Below are positions 50,691-63,809 of a stretch of 64,000 nucleotides of DNA, in pieces. The translations under genes and the position numbers were made by a program. Source of the stretch: Vicugna vicugna (lineage: Eukaryota); contig MU061578.1 of NCBI GenBank assembly GCA_013265495.1, positions 1,249,308 through 1,313,307 of the forward strand, written 5' to 3'. Every line of letters begins with the position of its first letter. Position 1 is the stretch's first letter. Under the pieces are notes generated by a model that saw nothing but the letters and a program-made list of their open reading frames with translations, was not told where the DNA came from and ran no database searches.

Positions 50691-51449
50691 ACATATAGGT
50701 TGCAAACATTTCCCCAGTTTGCCTTTTATGTTTTGGTCATATTTATAGTGCCTTCTTAAAGAGCAAAAAACTTTAAACATTTATGTCCTCAATTTTTTAT
50801 TATGATTTTTATTATGCTTTCCGGCTTAAGTTTCATTTTCTGAGGGATCCTTGACAACATAAAGTTATATAAAGATTCTATAGGATTCTAGAAAGAGAAG
50901 TAAGTCTACATCCATAACCTCTCCTGCCTCACTCCCCATTTAATCCTCAGCCCGTGTTGATTCATTTCCTGAATGAGCAGTTACTAAATCTAGAGGACAG
51001 TCTCCAGAAGGTCTCCTATTTGACCTCTCTGTCTCTCTTCCCCTTGGCCCTTCTTGGAACTTCCATCTCCTTGTTTCCATCAATACCTCTGTCCTGGGTA
51101 AGTCCTGTCATTCTGCCCCTTTATTCTCAAACCAGTCTGCCTGGCTAACTTCTGCCCACCTCTGAAGAGGCTGTGTTCTCTAGAACTGCACCTGCTCCTC
51201 CTCTGATACTTTATATCCATCCATGCATATGCTTTGTATAAATGGATGAGCAACTCATAAATCAGTTTAAGCATTGCTATATAGTCATTACAGAGAATGA
51301 TGTTGATTTATGTGTACCAATATGGGGGGCGATCCTAATTACGCTGTTAAATGATAACAAATTATAGATCATTACATACTATACGATATTGTTTCTATTA
51401 AAAATAAAATGACCTTCAATAGATGCTAGATACATACATACATAGACTA

Positions 51450-51584
51450 CGTAATTTGAAGACTTTGAAATCCTGTGTGTATATTAACTTACTCAACAGC
51501 AGTACGAGGCTAATTGCTACCATACTAGACAGCAAGATTACAGAACACTTCCATCCTTGCAGAAAATCCTACTGGACAGCACCG
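51450..51584 (-). mobile_element. MER3-like hAT-Charlie MITE (partial)
   Basis: gctaccatactagacagc...agaacacttccatccttgcagaaaatcctactggacagcaccg. Confidence 0.7.
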
Positions 51585-54500
51585 GTTTATAGGGCTTTGG
51601 GGAGAAGAGAGAGCCCTCGCACTAAAGAAACAAACTGGAAAAAATGTAAGTGTATTTCCCAAAATTTAGGAGGAGATTTACTATCAGGACAACATGAACT
51701 CTTGGGGGTGTTTTTGTTTGAAATCTGTTTTCGTCCTTGGCTACTATGTTCTCACAGCTCCAACAACAATCAGGAGACTGGAACAAAAGGAAAAAGGAAC
51801 TCTGGACCCGCCTTTAATTCTTGGTTTCACCATTTACTGGCTGGGTGATTTAGCATAAAAGCCTCTCCACACCTAATATATTAATTTCTATATATATGTA
51901 TATAAACAGTTATGTAGCCATTATGAAGATTAAATAAGATAATGCATGTACTAGAGTGTGTAGCTGGCACTCAGCAAACTCAGATTTCCTTTGGGGCCTC
52001 TTTCTAGCCATCATAAACATGTCCACTCTGGCCTGAATGAGGATAAAATGTGATTTCTGTGAGCCACCCTCTCGGTAAAGCTGTATTTCTATTTTCTGTC
52101 TGTCATTTCACTGACCAGACCATCATCCCAGCGTAAGGGGAAATTTCCCCTTATCCTACCTTCACTGCAAGAGGGGGTAAGCTGCTGAGTAAAATGTATA
52201 CGTGTGTTTGGAGGCTCTTCTCTTACCACATTCACATTTCTAGATTGCAAACCAGAGGTCCTCTAGCCTCCGATCCTGAGTCATATCTGGATGAAACAGA
52301 AACTCCATCCAGGAATGAGGTGGCACGTCGGTCTGGGTACCTGTGTCCACGTGTGCCTACGTGTAGACGTCCTCTGTCTTCAGAATTTTCTGTAGCTGTT
52401 CAGAGATCAGCTTGGTGGCTTGGGAGATCACCTGGCCCCAAATCAGAAACCACGGCAGCCGTGAGACTTCAGGCCAGTTTTTCACTTTCCCTTGTTTTCT
52501 GCACCCGTGTCTGAAGAATGCAGGGGTTGAACCAGATGATCCCTAAGAGCCTTTCCAGCATAATGGTCCATGATTCAGTGACTCTGTGGCCAGCCGGGGC
52601 CAAGGTCCTCATTCTTGTTATCACGGGTAATCAAAAAGAGTTGGCAAAACACTTCAGTCTTTATCTAATGCTGTTCTTGTACTAAGCTCCTACTGCTAGG
52701 CTCACTATCCCCACACAAGATGATGATAAATGCAAGCGGCTAGCAGACCACTTGGACGGTGCCCAGGAAGAGAGTGTCCGCAAGGCTTCATTTGCCAGCT
52801 CCATACCACTTAGAACTGACACACCAGCCCTGGGAAAAATAATGAATGGCACCCAAAGGCAGAAAACATGGGTACAGAATGCAGGAGGGGGTGGGCGCGG
52901 GCAGGGCTAGGGTTGGATCCCTTTCCAGGTCCTTCCACACTGTGAGATTCTAGGATTCTGCTGGGATGGGATTCAATAAATCATCAACCAAAACACGTGA
53001 AACACACACGCATTATTTTCTTAAAGGCAAGCAGAGAAGTGCATCCCAGTGGTGTCCAGAAGATGCTCCTCCTGATTGTCAAGAAAAGATGCCCAAAAAG
53101 AATTTGAAGAGAGGGAAGGAGGGAGGGACAGAATGAACATATATGGTAAAATGATAAAAATTAGTGATTCTGGTAGGGATAGACACGCTTTATGGTAACG
53201 GTCTTGCACTTTTCTGCAAGTTTAGAATCCTTCAGAATAAAAAGTAAGACAAATGCTGCAAAATTTCAAAAAAAAAAAGAGTGAAATAAAAAAAAATGAG
53301 AATGAAGCATAGCCTTTCAATTGAGTTCCTGCAAGATGTTCTTTAAAAAAAAGAAAAAAACATATTTGGTCCAGTGAGTTTGGAAGCTGCTTCATTCTAT
53401 ACCATTCTCCTAGAGATTTATGACTCATACTCATGTTAAAGGCATCAAGAAGTCCTGCAAAAAGAAATCTGTTTTTCCCACCCAGTGCAACCCACATGTG
53501 TTTTTAAAGCCACGGGACTATATGTGCATGCATTTGTGTGTGTAGCATCTATTTAACCTACCATAAAATTAATGTTTCAGGAATACACACTAGTTCGTTC
53601 TTTGATTCATTCCTTCATTTCTAGTTGAGTGTTTACGTACAAACACAAACTAAAAATAATCTCCTCTTTACAAGGAGCACACAGCCCAGAAAAGAAGAGA
53701 GGCAAGAGACAAGAAGTATGATTAAAATAGAAAAGAATTTTGTGTTTGAAAGCACGTGGAAGTGAGGAGGTGAGAAATGGAATTCGGACCTGTGCTTAAT
53801 ACATCTATTGGCAATAATTGATCCGAAACAGATGCCTGGGTCTAGAAACAGAACAAACTGAAAGAAAGTAACTCACTGGGATTTGTCCTGGATTTGCCCC
53901 CAAAATAATCGCATCAGTCTGAAAATTTTGCCATGGATTTATTTCAAAAATTCTCCCCTCCAAGTTCCACTTTCCTCAGAAAGTGTTTACAGGTGAAGAA
54001 GAAGCCATGTAGAAAATTCACTGGAAAGACCTAAGATCCCATCAAGCATGACTGTCCCGTAATTCAGTGAACCTGGTACTCACTGAACTGCTGTATTCCT
54101 CTAATTGAGTGACCACTAGCAGTGAGGATGCTTTAGGACGAAAGTCACAAAACCTGGCTAATGGCCAACAGTGGCTTCAGCCATCAGGATATTTGCTGTT
54201 TGCATAGTTGAAGTCTGGTAGGAGATGGTCCCGGGTTGGTCTGGAAGCTCAGCAGTGCCGGTAGGACCTGGGATTTTTCACACCTCTCCCACGTGACATA
54301 AATATCGTTGTAAGCTCTATGCTACAGAGGGAGGAGCTCACCAATTCTCTCCAGGCAAAGAAGAAGCCAGGATTTTAAACCCAAGCTGATGCAGTGCAGA
54401 ACTCATAACAGGGTACTGCCATCAAGGAGGCAAGCTACTTGTCAAATACTTAGCAGCACAACTGGACCTCCCAGCCTGATGTCTTGGTCCACCGGGCATC

Positions 54501-55189
54501 ACTGCCCTTCACCCAGGAGAAGCACGTACATCTCACAGCATCCACGCAGCCTGCATCTCGGCACACACACCTCTCAGCAGAGGACCAGACCTCCATGCCT
54601 GTGAATGCAACACTGTTTTCCAAGGCACCCACAGACCTCTCCTCTTCCCCTGCGAGATTTATAATTAAGCCTGTGAAAAATTAAGAAATTAATATAAAAG
54701 TTGCCGTGTTGCCAATGCTTTTATTATCCTTTAATTTACTAGAAGCATTTGCACGCCACCCCTGGGGAGTAAGTGCAATGCAGAATTGCTTACATTGCTC
54801 TTAAAAGCTGAAGTAAGCGTTTCCTTTTCATCTTCCATATATATACTGGCAAGTCTGTGGACCAGAAGCAGTAAATAGATAATTATATCACTCTGGGTAT
54901 TTCCCCCTACCCCCGTCATTTTGAGGACTCTTTCCCCCTATAATTCTCCACTTTCCTCATAATTTATTTACAGGTAAAGAAGTGATGAACTAAACTCACT
55001 GGGCAGACAACTGCACATCACTCTAATTAAGTTACTAGTGATTGCGAGTAGCTCTGAAATCACCTACAGGATAAAGCAGGTGGCAGGGCCAGACAATGGA
55101 GAACGTGAGAGCAAGGGGTGGAAGACGTGGGAGATTGGTGGGTCCTGGTAGCTAGGAAACTGCAGAGCAACCAGGTAAGAGTTTGCATA

Positions 55190-55400
55190 CGAGAAAACCA
55201 CAGTTCAAGTCCCAGCATGAGCACTTGCCAGCAGCGTGATTTTAGGCAAGTTTCCGAAATGCTCTGAGCCTCAGTTTTACCTCTTGCAGGATAGGATCCT
55301 AGCAAATCTACGTCTTGTGTTGATTGTGATAATCAAACGTGGTGATGTACGTGAAAGAGGGGCTTAGCTCTGCCCCTGGTGTTCCAATCACGGTAACTAT
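55190..55400 (+). mobile_element. MIR SINE
   Basis: gttcaagtcccagc...ggcaagttt...ctctgagcctcagtttt. Confidence 0.7.
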
Positions 55401-56446
55401 GATTTGGAACTATGAACACAGAGATCCATTCTATGGGATAATGGACTGAGAAGCAAGGCCACTGCTGAGACCACTCCAGGGTCCATCCCATCAAGGATGC
55501 TCATTAGCTAATGAGAAGCAGCTGGTTGCAGTAGAAGGACTTAAGGAAAGACAATTGATGATCCAAGATCTGAGCTCTGACTCTGAATTTAGACTCAGCT
55601 TTCTCACTAATGGCATCCACTAAAATCAAACTACATGTGTGCAAGTCACGGTGATAGGTTTCTATAAAGATCAAAATGCGATCACACACGTGAGTGATAT
55701 TTCTCACCTGGAAAAAGCCTTTCAAGCTGAAAGTGATTAAACTTGTCCCTGTCCATTTCTGGCTACAGAATGATTCCCAGTCTTCTCAAATTGGATGCCA
55801 GAAAATTCACAACCCAATAAGATAAACAGAGATATCTCTCTGCATCACTAATTGGGGGTCAGTGATTGGCATGGGGGCCCCGTTATGTTATATAAACCAA
55901 CATGGTATATGATGGGAAACAAAGAAAAATTTTACATGAATTTGTAAGATAAAGCACAAGGTTTCAAAGAAATTATATGACACACCATTCAAGGCTATAT
56001 ATGTATATTCCCTTCTGCTATTAAAGAGTTAACTTAAGGGAAAAGGCACCAGATATAACAGTGTTGAACTTTTGCTTCCCACATGCAAATCTGCCCCACT
56101 CTGATTTCATTGCTCCTCCAAATTCTCTATAAAAGAGTTGGAATCTTGGCCATGCTGTTTTTCTCCCTGGAGCAATATCAGCATCTCTTGATAGCTGGAA
56201 ATTTTCAGCAAAAACTTGCCACCTCAAATTTATTTAAGCTGTTTCAAAATTCTGTTTTGAGTCCTGTGTCAAATGTCAGCTTGGAAAAGATCTTTCTGGT
56301 CATAGGTAGCCAGTGGGCCAAGGAAGGGAAGCGAAGATTGAGGATTTCAAAAGTAAGAAATGACCTTTGTGCTTTTCCTAACATACCTTTCTCTGCTTGC
56401 AAACGGCAAATGAGCTTCTGGAAGAAAAAGAAAAGATGGAAAAAGA

Positions 56447-56870
56447 CAAACAGTTACATGCTTTTGGTGGCAAATAATAGAAATCCTGACTGCAGAGGCG
56501 TAAACGAATAAGGGATTAATTCTTTCACACAGTCTGAGTTCAGAAGTAGTCTGTTCTATCACTGGGTCAGCCACTCTATGATGTCAGAGCCAGCGTCCCA
56601 TAGAGTTGCGAATCAGCTACAGCCCCACCATTGACGCCAGAGAAGATGAGGAAAAAGGGCAGGAGGACAGACTGCGCCACCTGCAGGTGCCCCTTTCCAT
56701 GAGGAACAGGAGAGCTTCCCCAGACACCCAGAGCAAATCTCCAGTGACATCTCCCTGACCAGACTTGTCAATGGCCATTCCGAGCTGCACAGGAGGCTGA
56801 CAAAGCAAACATCTAGCCGAGTACATTTCCCACCTGAGCAAAGCTGTTTTTGTTTTTTTTGTAAGCATGA
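56447..56870 (-). mobile_element. Old MaLR LTR (MLT1I/J-like); a similar partial copy lies at ~54115-54300
   Basis: cagttacatgcttttggtggcaaataatagaaatcctgact...taaacgaataaggg, typical reverse MLT1 terminus. Confidence 0.55.
56672..56690 (-). promoter_or_regulatory. CTCF motif candidate inside the MLT1 LTR
   Basis: Reverse complement GCACCTGCAGGTGGCGCAG; one mismatch to the core consensus. Confidence 0.4.
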
Positions 56871-57309
56871 GAAAATGGTGGGATACCAAGATAATTTCGC
56901 ATTTCTCAAAGATGTCCATTCACCATTATGATAAGTGATCAGAGCCCTCAACACTTAACCAACATGATAATGCCTTCAATGTTTCTTTACTTCTGTCCTC
57001 TTGAGACATAAGTTATTTCTGCAACCCAAGGGGAAGCGTGAGCTCCTCAAACTGTAACAGAAAGAGTCACACCCCTTCTACCAAGCCGCAGTCCTGCTGT
57101 CTCCTCTTTCATAAAAAGCATCGCTGTATCCGCTTGAAGGCATCGATTTTAATTAATCACAACATACAGCCCCCTCAATCAATAGAAGGGTACTGGGGGA
57201 AGAACGGAAGCTGTAAATCACTGTTATTTCTTCTCTTCTGAGAACTTTCCTTCAACCTGAATTCCGTGGTTCTATTGTGCTCAGATTCAACTAATGTGTT
57301 CGTAATTAC

Positions 57310-58260
57310 ACTAATAGCTACTCTTGACTGAACACTATTATATCCTGGTGTGTAATCATACAGTGCCTCACAGAATCCCACGATGTTTTTGCTATATTCC
57401 AGGATTTTACCGTTATTCAGTTTTTAATGAGAAGAAGCCTGGGACTTGAGAATTTACATAAATTTTCAATGTTCCCAACACTGTTCATGCTGGAGCCAAG
57501 ATTTGAATTCAGGTCTGACTCTTGAAAACATTTTGTCTGATCCCATAATAACCATGTTGTGAGTGTGTCTCGCACTATTTTATATAGACCATCTCTAACC
57601 TCATAATGAACTCTGTATTATCTGCTTTTCTCAGAAGTGATATCTGAAAGTCAGAGAAAGTAAATGATTTGCCTGAGATCACTCAGTGATGGAAGGGTGG
57701 CAGAGCTGGAATCCCCATCAAGATGTGTCTGGTCCCCAAGTGCCTAGTCTCTTCCAATGCAGCCTTCAGCTTCCTGCCGCATCAACAGGGCATATCCCAA
57801 CCAAGCAGCGCCATGTGAAGCGTCGAAGCCTTTTCTTACGTGAAAAGGGAAGACTGGGCAGACACAGAGAGTGTGAGCTCCAGAACCAGGCCATTGGAGT
57901 TCAAATCCTGCTTCCAAACCTTGTCGGTGATTTATGGCATCCTCCTTAAATTCTCCAAACCTCAGCTGCCAAATCCACAAAACAGAGACTATAAGAACAT
58001 GAGTATTGTAGGGATGACTGGATTATATGCAGAAAATACCTGGTAGTACCCAGAACAATGAGAAGAAAAGAGGAAGGGGCTATAGCATCATGAAGAAGTT
58101 ACTTAACCTCTGTAAGTCTCAGCTTCCCCTTCTGTAAAATGGGGATAATAACACAACCTACCCGTGGTGAGGATTTAATGAGTGACTATGTATCAAGGGC
58201 TTATAACCCTTCTGGGCAGCTATCATAAACAAATGTCATGCTCAGTAACTCAGCTGTTGT
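57310..58260. mobile_element. Cluster of four MIR fragments (two minus, then two plus)
   Basis: gctggagccaagatttgaattcaggtctgact; gtcagagaaagtaaatgatttgcctgagatcac; gagttcaaatcctg; aagttacttaacctctgtaagtctcagcttccccttctgtaaaatggggataata. Confidence 0.75.
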
Positions 58261-59977
58261 CATCATCATGATGTCATCTGTGTGAGAAGCAACATCTCAT
58301 TTCAAAGACCAGCTGAAAACAGAGCATCAGAGAAGAGAACTCTTTTTTTTTTTTTGGCATAAAATGAGATTGCCAGTAAAACAATGGAGACATTTTAGAG
58401 CATCTAGGAAGTACAAAGCAATGCACTCCAACGCCAGAAACTTGTTTTTCAAGAAGCTTTTCAAGCTGAAGCAGAGGGCACAGCCAAGCCCGGCTAATTA
58501 GCTACACTGCATTATGCCACAGGGCCCCAGACGCCGCGGGCCCGGCTGCTGTGCTGGGGGATGAAGCCTGCAGAGTCAGCTGTAACGGACACTCAGGCAC
58601 AGGGCAAGAGGGGAAGGTTAAGGAGAGGGTGGGACTTGGAGGAGCCAGGAAACAAAGATACAAGGCAGTGCTGAGCACCTTGCAAGAAACACTCAGCCCT
58701 GTTGTGGGGGGATAGTTTATTTTCCTTTTTGTTTTTTTCTGGGGAGGCTAGAAGACACCCTCCTCTCGCCCAGGCTCTCAGAAGAGCCTCCTCTGTTCAC
58801 ATGGTGTCCCCAGGCCAGGCTGGGGAGCAAGTTCTCTGGGTACTACAAACAAGTCTCAGGTCCCTTTGATCCATCCTGTCTGTGGGAAAAGAGGACTTAC
58901 GTCTTTCTCAGAAATGTGCCTGTTTTTCAGCATTTCTCCATCTCATTTCCATTCATTTCAAACAAGATTCACGCAGAGCCTGATAATGTGCCTGGACTGG
59001 GCCGGCACGTGGACTGAAGAGATCATCAGCCGGACCCTGCCGTGATGAGGCTTAGGGTCCAGCCGGAATTCGTCTGTCCCGAGTCAGGAACCACCGACGA
59101 ATGTCGATCCAACAGCCATGGATGTAATAAAAGATGCCTGCCTTGGGAAACTGGATTCGGAAGACAAAATTAGCTTCATTTATCTATGGAAAGGATTGGG
59201 CTTGTTGGAAGCAGGATGGGGGGGAAGTTGAGAGGGTCTAATCCAGACCCACGTTCAAACCCCTCCTCTCAGTGCAGCTAAGAGGACTTCTGTTCTCCCT
59301 GCACCCCAGCTCCGAAATGATCATAGCAATGCTTATCTCATAGAACTGTTGACATAACTCAGGCAGAACTCCTAGGAAAAGTAAGCACTGAGGCCATGCT
59401 AATTTTTCTATTATTATTATTATTACCTACTCACTCAGGAAGTTCCTAAGTATCCACAAAGTACACTTAAGCGGATCATGAGAACTATAAGAAACCTTCA
59501 ACCTATGAGCACGTGAGCAATGCTATTTTCAAGCTGATGAGCCAGGGAAAGAAATCTGTGGACTGACTCAAAATCTGACCATGGGGCTCAGTTTTCTCAT
59601 CTGTGAAACGGGAAATGCACACCTGATCAATTTTCTCCCAGGTATCATTCACAACACAGGCGCTGATAAAGCAATGCCCCTTGAGAAATCTGTGCTAAAG
59701 CAGAGTCTACAGACATGGGCAGTGACCACCAGTCCTCTACTGCTCTTTCAAATAGTTGCTTGTGTATAACTGGCCCCGGTCAGGCCTGCAGGATTCTACG
59801 CTCATCTCACCTGATTGGACCAGGAGAAGTTGCTGGAACCAAGGTGATCATCCAAGGGCTGGCCGGTATATGAGCTCTGTCAAGATGTCCTTAGGGCATG
59901 ATGCCCTGCAGCCCTCAGTCAGTTATTAGGAAGCAGGGTACGAAGAAGCACAGAAATGGGGAAATTCAGCCACAAGG

Positions 59978-60383
59978 AAGGCCAGGATTGGGGTGAGGCC
60001 AGTGAGGCACTCACTCATGGCACAAAACTTACTGGACATCAAAAAAAAACAAAAAAAACTCAGTCATCAAGATGCATGATATCTGAAAGCTGTTTCTGTG
60101 AACAAAAAGATGAATGCAAAAATTGATGACGATCAATATAAAAATTTTAAATAAACACAGGATCCAACTCGGCACTGGTACGATTCACTTCACTTGCCCT
60201 ATCCTAGTCCAACTCTGTCAGGTCCTGTCATTTAAGGTTTTGATACTTTACGTATCAGGCTTTTATGTTAACCTTGATGATTTGCATGAAAATAGGATTC
60301 ATCTTGGCTACTGAGTTTCTCAGCGCCCTCTCAAGCTGCTTGCCGAGGGCAAGCGCCTCACTGTCCTTTCCTTGCTCCCACTG
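59978..60383. mobile_element. MER96/MER96B-like hAT MITE forming a long imperfect inverted repeat
   Basis: ggccaggattggggtgaggccagtgaggcactc...aaaaaactcagtcatcaagat mirrored by atcttggctactgagttt...gagggcaagcgcctcact. Confidence 0.65.
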
Positions 60384-61779
60384 CACGGACCAGCAAAGGA
60401 AGCCACAGATCCCAAGCGGAAGGAAACACCTGCAGGGCTTCTGGCTGAGCCCCGAGGAGCTGCTGAGATGGTTTTCTGTTCTCCTCACCCCACCCCCTAC
60501 ATTTTCTTCATGTGATGGGGGCAAAAGGAAAAGTGTTAACATGTGAGAAGTTCTGGCTCCATCTTCCCTGTCAGAAGGAAGGGCAGAAAGAATAAGATTC
60601 TTTTGGAATGATGCTTAAAAAAAAAAAAAATATAGTGTGAGGATGGAGGACAAGCTGCATTTCTCAGGTAGCTATGCCGGAAAAGAAGTGTCTTTGGGGA
60701 ATGCTGACTATGAGGCTGACTTGGAGATAAAAAGACAGGAGGCAAGGGAGTGACTAGGAAGTTCCCCCCTGACGAGGAGGGGGAACTTCTCTGAGGTTTG
60801 TGGAGAGGCAGCCTCTGGGGAGTTTCAGAGCTGGGATATAAGGAGAGAGTGCGAAGGGCATTTCAACAGGTGTTCCTCTCGCTCTCCCTGACAATCTTCC
60901 AGAAATACGAGCAAAGGATGTGATGATTTATATTGCCAGAAATTGGACTGCTATTTCTTGAAGTGGCACCAAACCAAAAGTGGACCACATGGGTCCCTGC
61001 GTTCACACCGGTTACAATAATCCCCTGTTAACAAGTGCAGTTGGACTCCCTGAAACCTACAAGTGGCTATCACACATAACTCAACACACTTGACTCAAAA
61101 ATCTCAGACGGGTTTATTTTTTCAGTCTATGGCCCAGCTCTTAAAAAAAAAAAGTTTCTTTGATAACTGTCAAAAACAATAAAAAGTCCTCACCATTTAC
61201 AATATCTATCTCACTATCCCCTTGGGAAGAAAGAAATAAACAGACTCTCCAAATAGAAGCTGGAAAAAAAAAATAAAAAAGACCTCAACGTGAAGCTTCT
61301 GCTAGAAATAGAAGTAATTCAGCAAAAGAAAATTCCTGGTTGTGTCCGGAACAGTCTATTACTTGCACATTATACTGTCGGTATTACTGGGCGAAACACT
61401 TCCTGACTGATTGATGTGTTATTGTCTCTTATAGTTGAATTATCTCTGAAATGCCAACCCTTATAATAAGAGCTGCTTTTGTCTGACAACAAAGCTGAGC
61501 TTTATTTTGTCTGCATGGTGCATAAGGGAATGCATCAACTTGATTTCAAGTACTTACTGTTAATCACTCATCCTATTAGTGGGGTGGCGCCTCTGATGCC
61601 CCATCTCACCCCCCTCAACACACCCACGCACACACACACACACACACAAGCGCGCACGTGCACACTTCACTGAGGAAACAGAAGCATTTAAACAGGAATT
61701 TCCCCATCCATCTGCCACCAAATCTCCCAGCCCCGCTGCGTATCTGCTCCCAGGTTTCCCACCCGGTCTTGTGGAAGAG

Positions 61780-61930
61780 GTCCCCCCACCCCTACTCCCA
61801 TCAGCCCCTCCACTTAGAGTTTTGTGTTCTCAAGGGATTGGCTCTTGCAATTCCCTGCTTGTTCTCCTGCATCCTCAGTATCACCCCTTCTCCTGGGTCA
61901 TTCCAGCCAGAATAAAAGGACGCTGTGATA
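61780..61930 (+). mobile_element. L2 ORF2-derived fragment (left part)
   Basis: ctcctgcatcctcagt...ctgggtcattccagccagaataaa resembles L2 ggatcattcccatcagcatacaaacatgct. Confidence 0.55.
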
Positions 61931-61932
61931 GA

Positions 61933-62405
61933 TCTGCACACCCTGGTTTCATCGCAGCACAGTGGCCAAGAGGTGAAAGCAACTTCAATGTCCATCCACA
62001 GATGAATGGATAAAGAAGAGGTGGTGTATATATACACAACGGAATATTATTTAGCCTTAAAAACGAAGGAAATCCTGCCACATGCTACAGCATGGATGAT
62101 TCTTGAGGACATTATGCTGAGTGAAATAAATGAGACCACAAAAAGACGAATGATATGACTCCACTAATATGAGTGTCTAAAGTAGTCAAATCCATAGGAA
62201 CAGAAGGTAGGCTGGCAGTTACCAGGGGCAGAGGGTAGGGAGAAATGGGGAGTTATTGTTTAACGGATACAGAGTTTCCAATTTAAAAAAATGAAAATGT
62301 TCTGGACATTGTGAATGTATTCAACACATCTGAACCATAAACTTAACAATGGTTAAGATGGTAAATTTTATATTGTGTTTTTTTTTTCAACCATCATGAA
62401 AAAAA
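61933..62405 (+). mobile_element. L1MB-like 3' fragment inserted into L2
   Basis: aatgtccatccacagatgaatggataaag...catggatgattcttgaggacattatgctgagtgaaataa...aatggttaagatggtaaattttat. Confidence 0.9.
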
Positions 62406-63305
62406 TGCTGTAATATTTCATTTCTTAAAAAAAAAAATCTGCTGCCCTCCTCTGCTCATCGCTTCACAGCAACACTCTTGTACAAGCATTGTCTACAATG
62501 GGGACCTCACACTCCCTTCTCATCCCAAACCAGCCCAGTGACACCCTACTCCCCACTGAAGCTGCGTTTGTCAACGTGATGTGTGAATCACTGCAGGGGA
62601 CTGGACATGTATGTTAGACACTTCTCTGCTCCCAGCACCCTATTCCAAACCACGTCACCTTTCTCCAAGAGCAGTGGCTCTCTAATCAGAATCTCTGTCT
62701 TCATTCTCTACCCCATACCCTTCATCCCCACATTACAGCTGGTGATGCTTTAATAAGACAAGCTGGAAAGTCATTTCGTTTGTTCAAAACCCTCTAGTGG
62801 TTCACACACACACACACAGACACACACAATCACACTACCTATCACAACCTGAAAGGTTCTGTGTAACCAACCTTGCCACCCACTCCAAGTCCATCTTGAA
62901 CCCCCTTTACCTCCCAACAAGGAAACCCGCTCTCCACTCCAGGCCATGAACCCGTTCCTTCTACCTGGACCGTTCCTCTCCTGACCCTCCCGGCTGGCAC
63001 TTTCCTTTCATTTACATCTCACTTACATATCAATTTTCTAGGAAGGTCTTCTGGGAGAATCTGACCTGCAGGAACAGCTCAGCTGTCCTTAGCACACATC
63101 TCCCTAGTGTAAAAATCCCTGTGTAGCAAATACAGTTTTCTGATCATCTCCTTCCTATCAGTGGTCTTAGTCATGTACCGAACGTCTGTCTTCCCCCAGG
63201 ACACTAGAAGCCCCGTGACATCAAGAGATGCCTCTGCCCTGTTCATCACTACATATGGATTAGAGAGCTTGGCCCTCATACTTAACAAATATTTGTTGAA
63301 TGAAT
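62406..63305 (+). mobile_element. L2 (right part, through 3' end)
   Basis: Ends in aacaaatatttgttgaatgaat, the canonical L2 tail; pyrimidine-rich L2-like interior. Confidence 0.7.
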
Positions 63306-63318
63306 TTGCTAAACATTC

Positions 63319-63809
63319 TGATAGGATTTGGGACATGCTACCCCGAAATATGGCACCTTGACATGTTGTATGTTTAAAGAAGGAATTTGAGAAAGGACTT
63401 TCTGACCCTCCCCTGAAGCAGGTCATAAAGCTCTCCTGTGAGAGGTGCCTTCCCTGTTCATGGAGGAAAGGAGCATCCTTATGTCCAAAGACAGAGGGAC
63501 ACAGAGGAGTCTGCACGAGCGGGCTAAGTTTCCCGCAGCTGATTACACTCAGCTCAAACCCCTTGTCCCACAGTATCTTTCCATAACTTTCCACTCTTCA
63601 GCAAACTTAGCAAAGAAACCTTCAGGTTAACCATGTCTTGAGGTCTCCATTTCCTTATGAAGATTCCAGTGTGTTGTAAAACTTATATTAAAAAAGTCTG
63701 TATGGTTTTTCTTTTTTTTTCTTGTTAACCTGCCCCTTGTTATAGGAGTCCCAGCTGGGGACTAAGAAGGGTAGGGGGAAAATTATTTTTTAATTTTTCC
63801 TTTTCTACA
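63319..63809 (+). mobile_element. ERV1-class solo LTR (MER34-family-like) with 4-bp TSD
   Basis: TG...CA termini; ggacatgctaccccgaaatatggcaccttg; TSD attc at 63315-63318 and 63810-63813. Confidence 0.85.

Noticed and set aside
63079..63594. 171-aa minus-strand ORF
   Set aside because: Runs across an LTR/L2 boundary; chance ORF.
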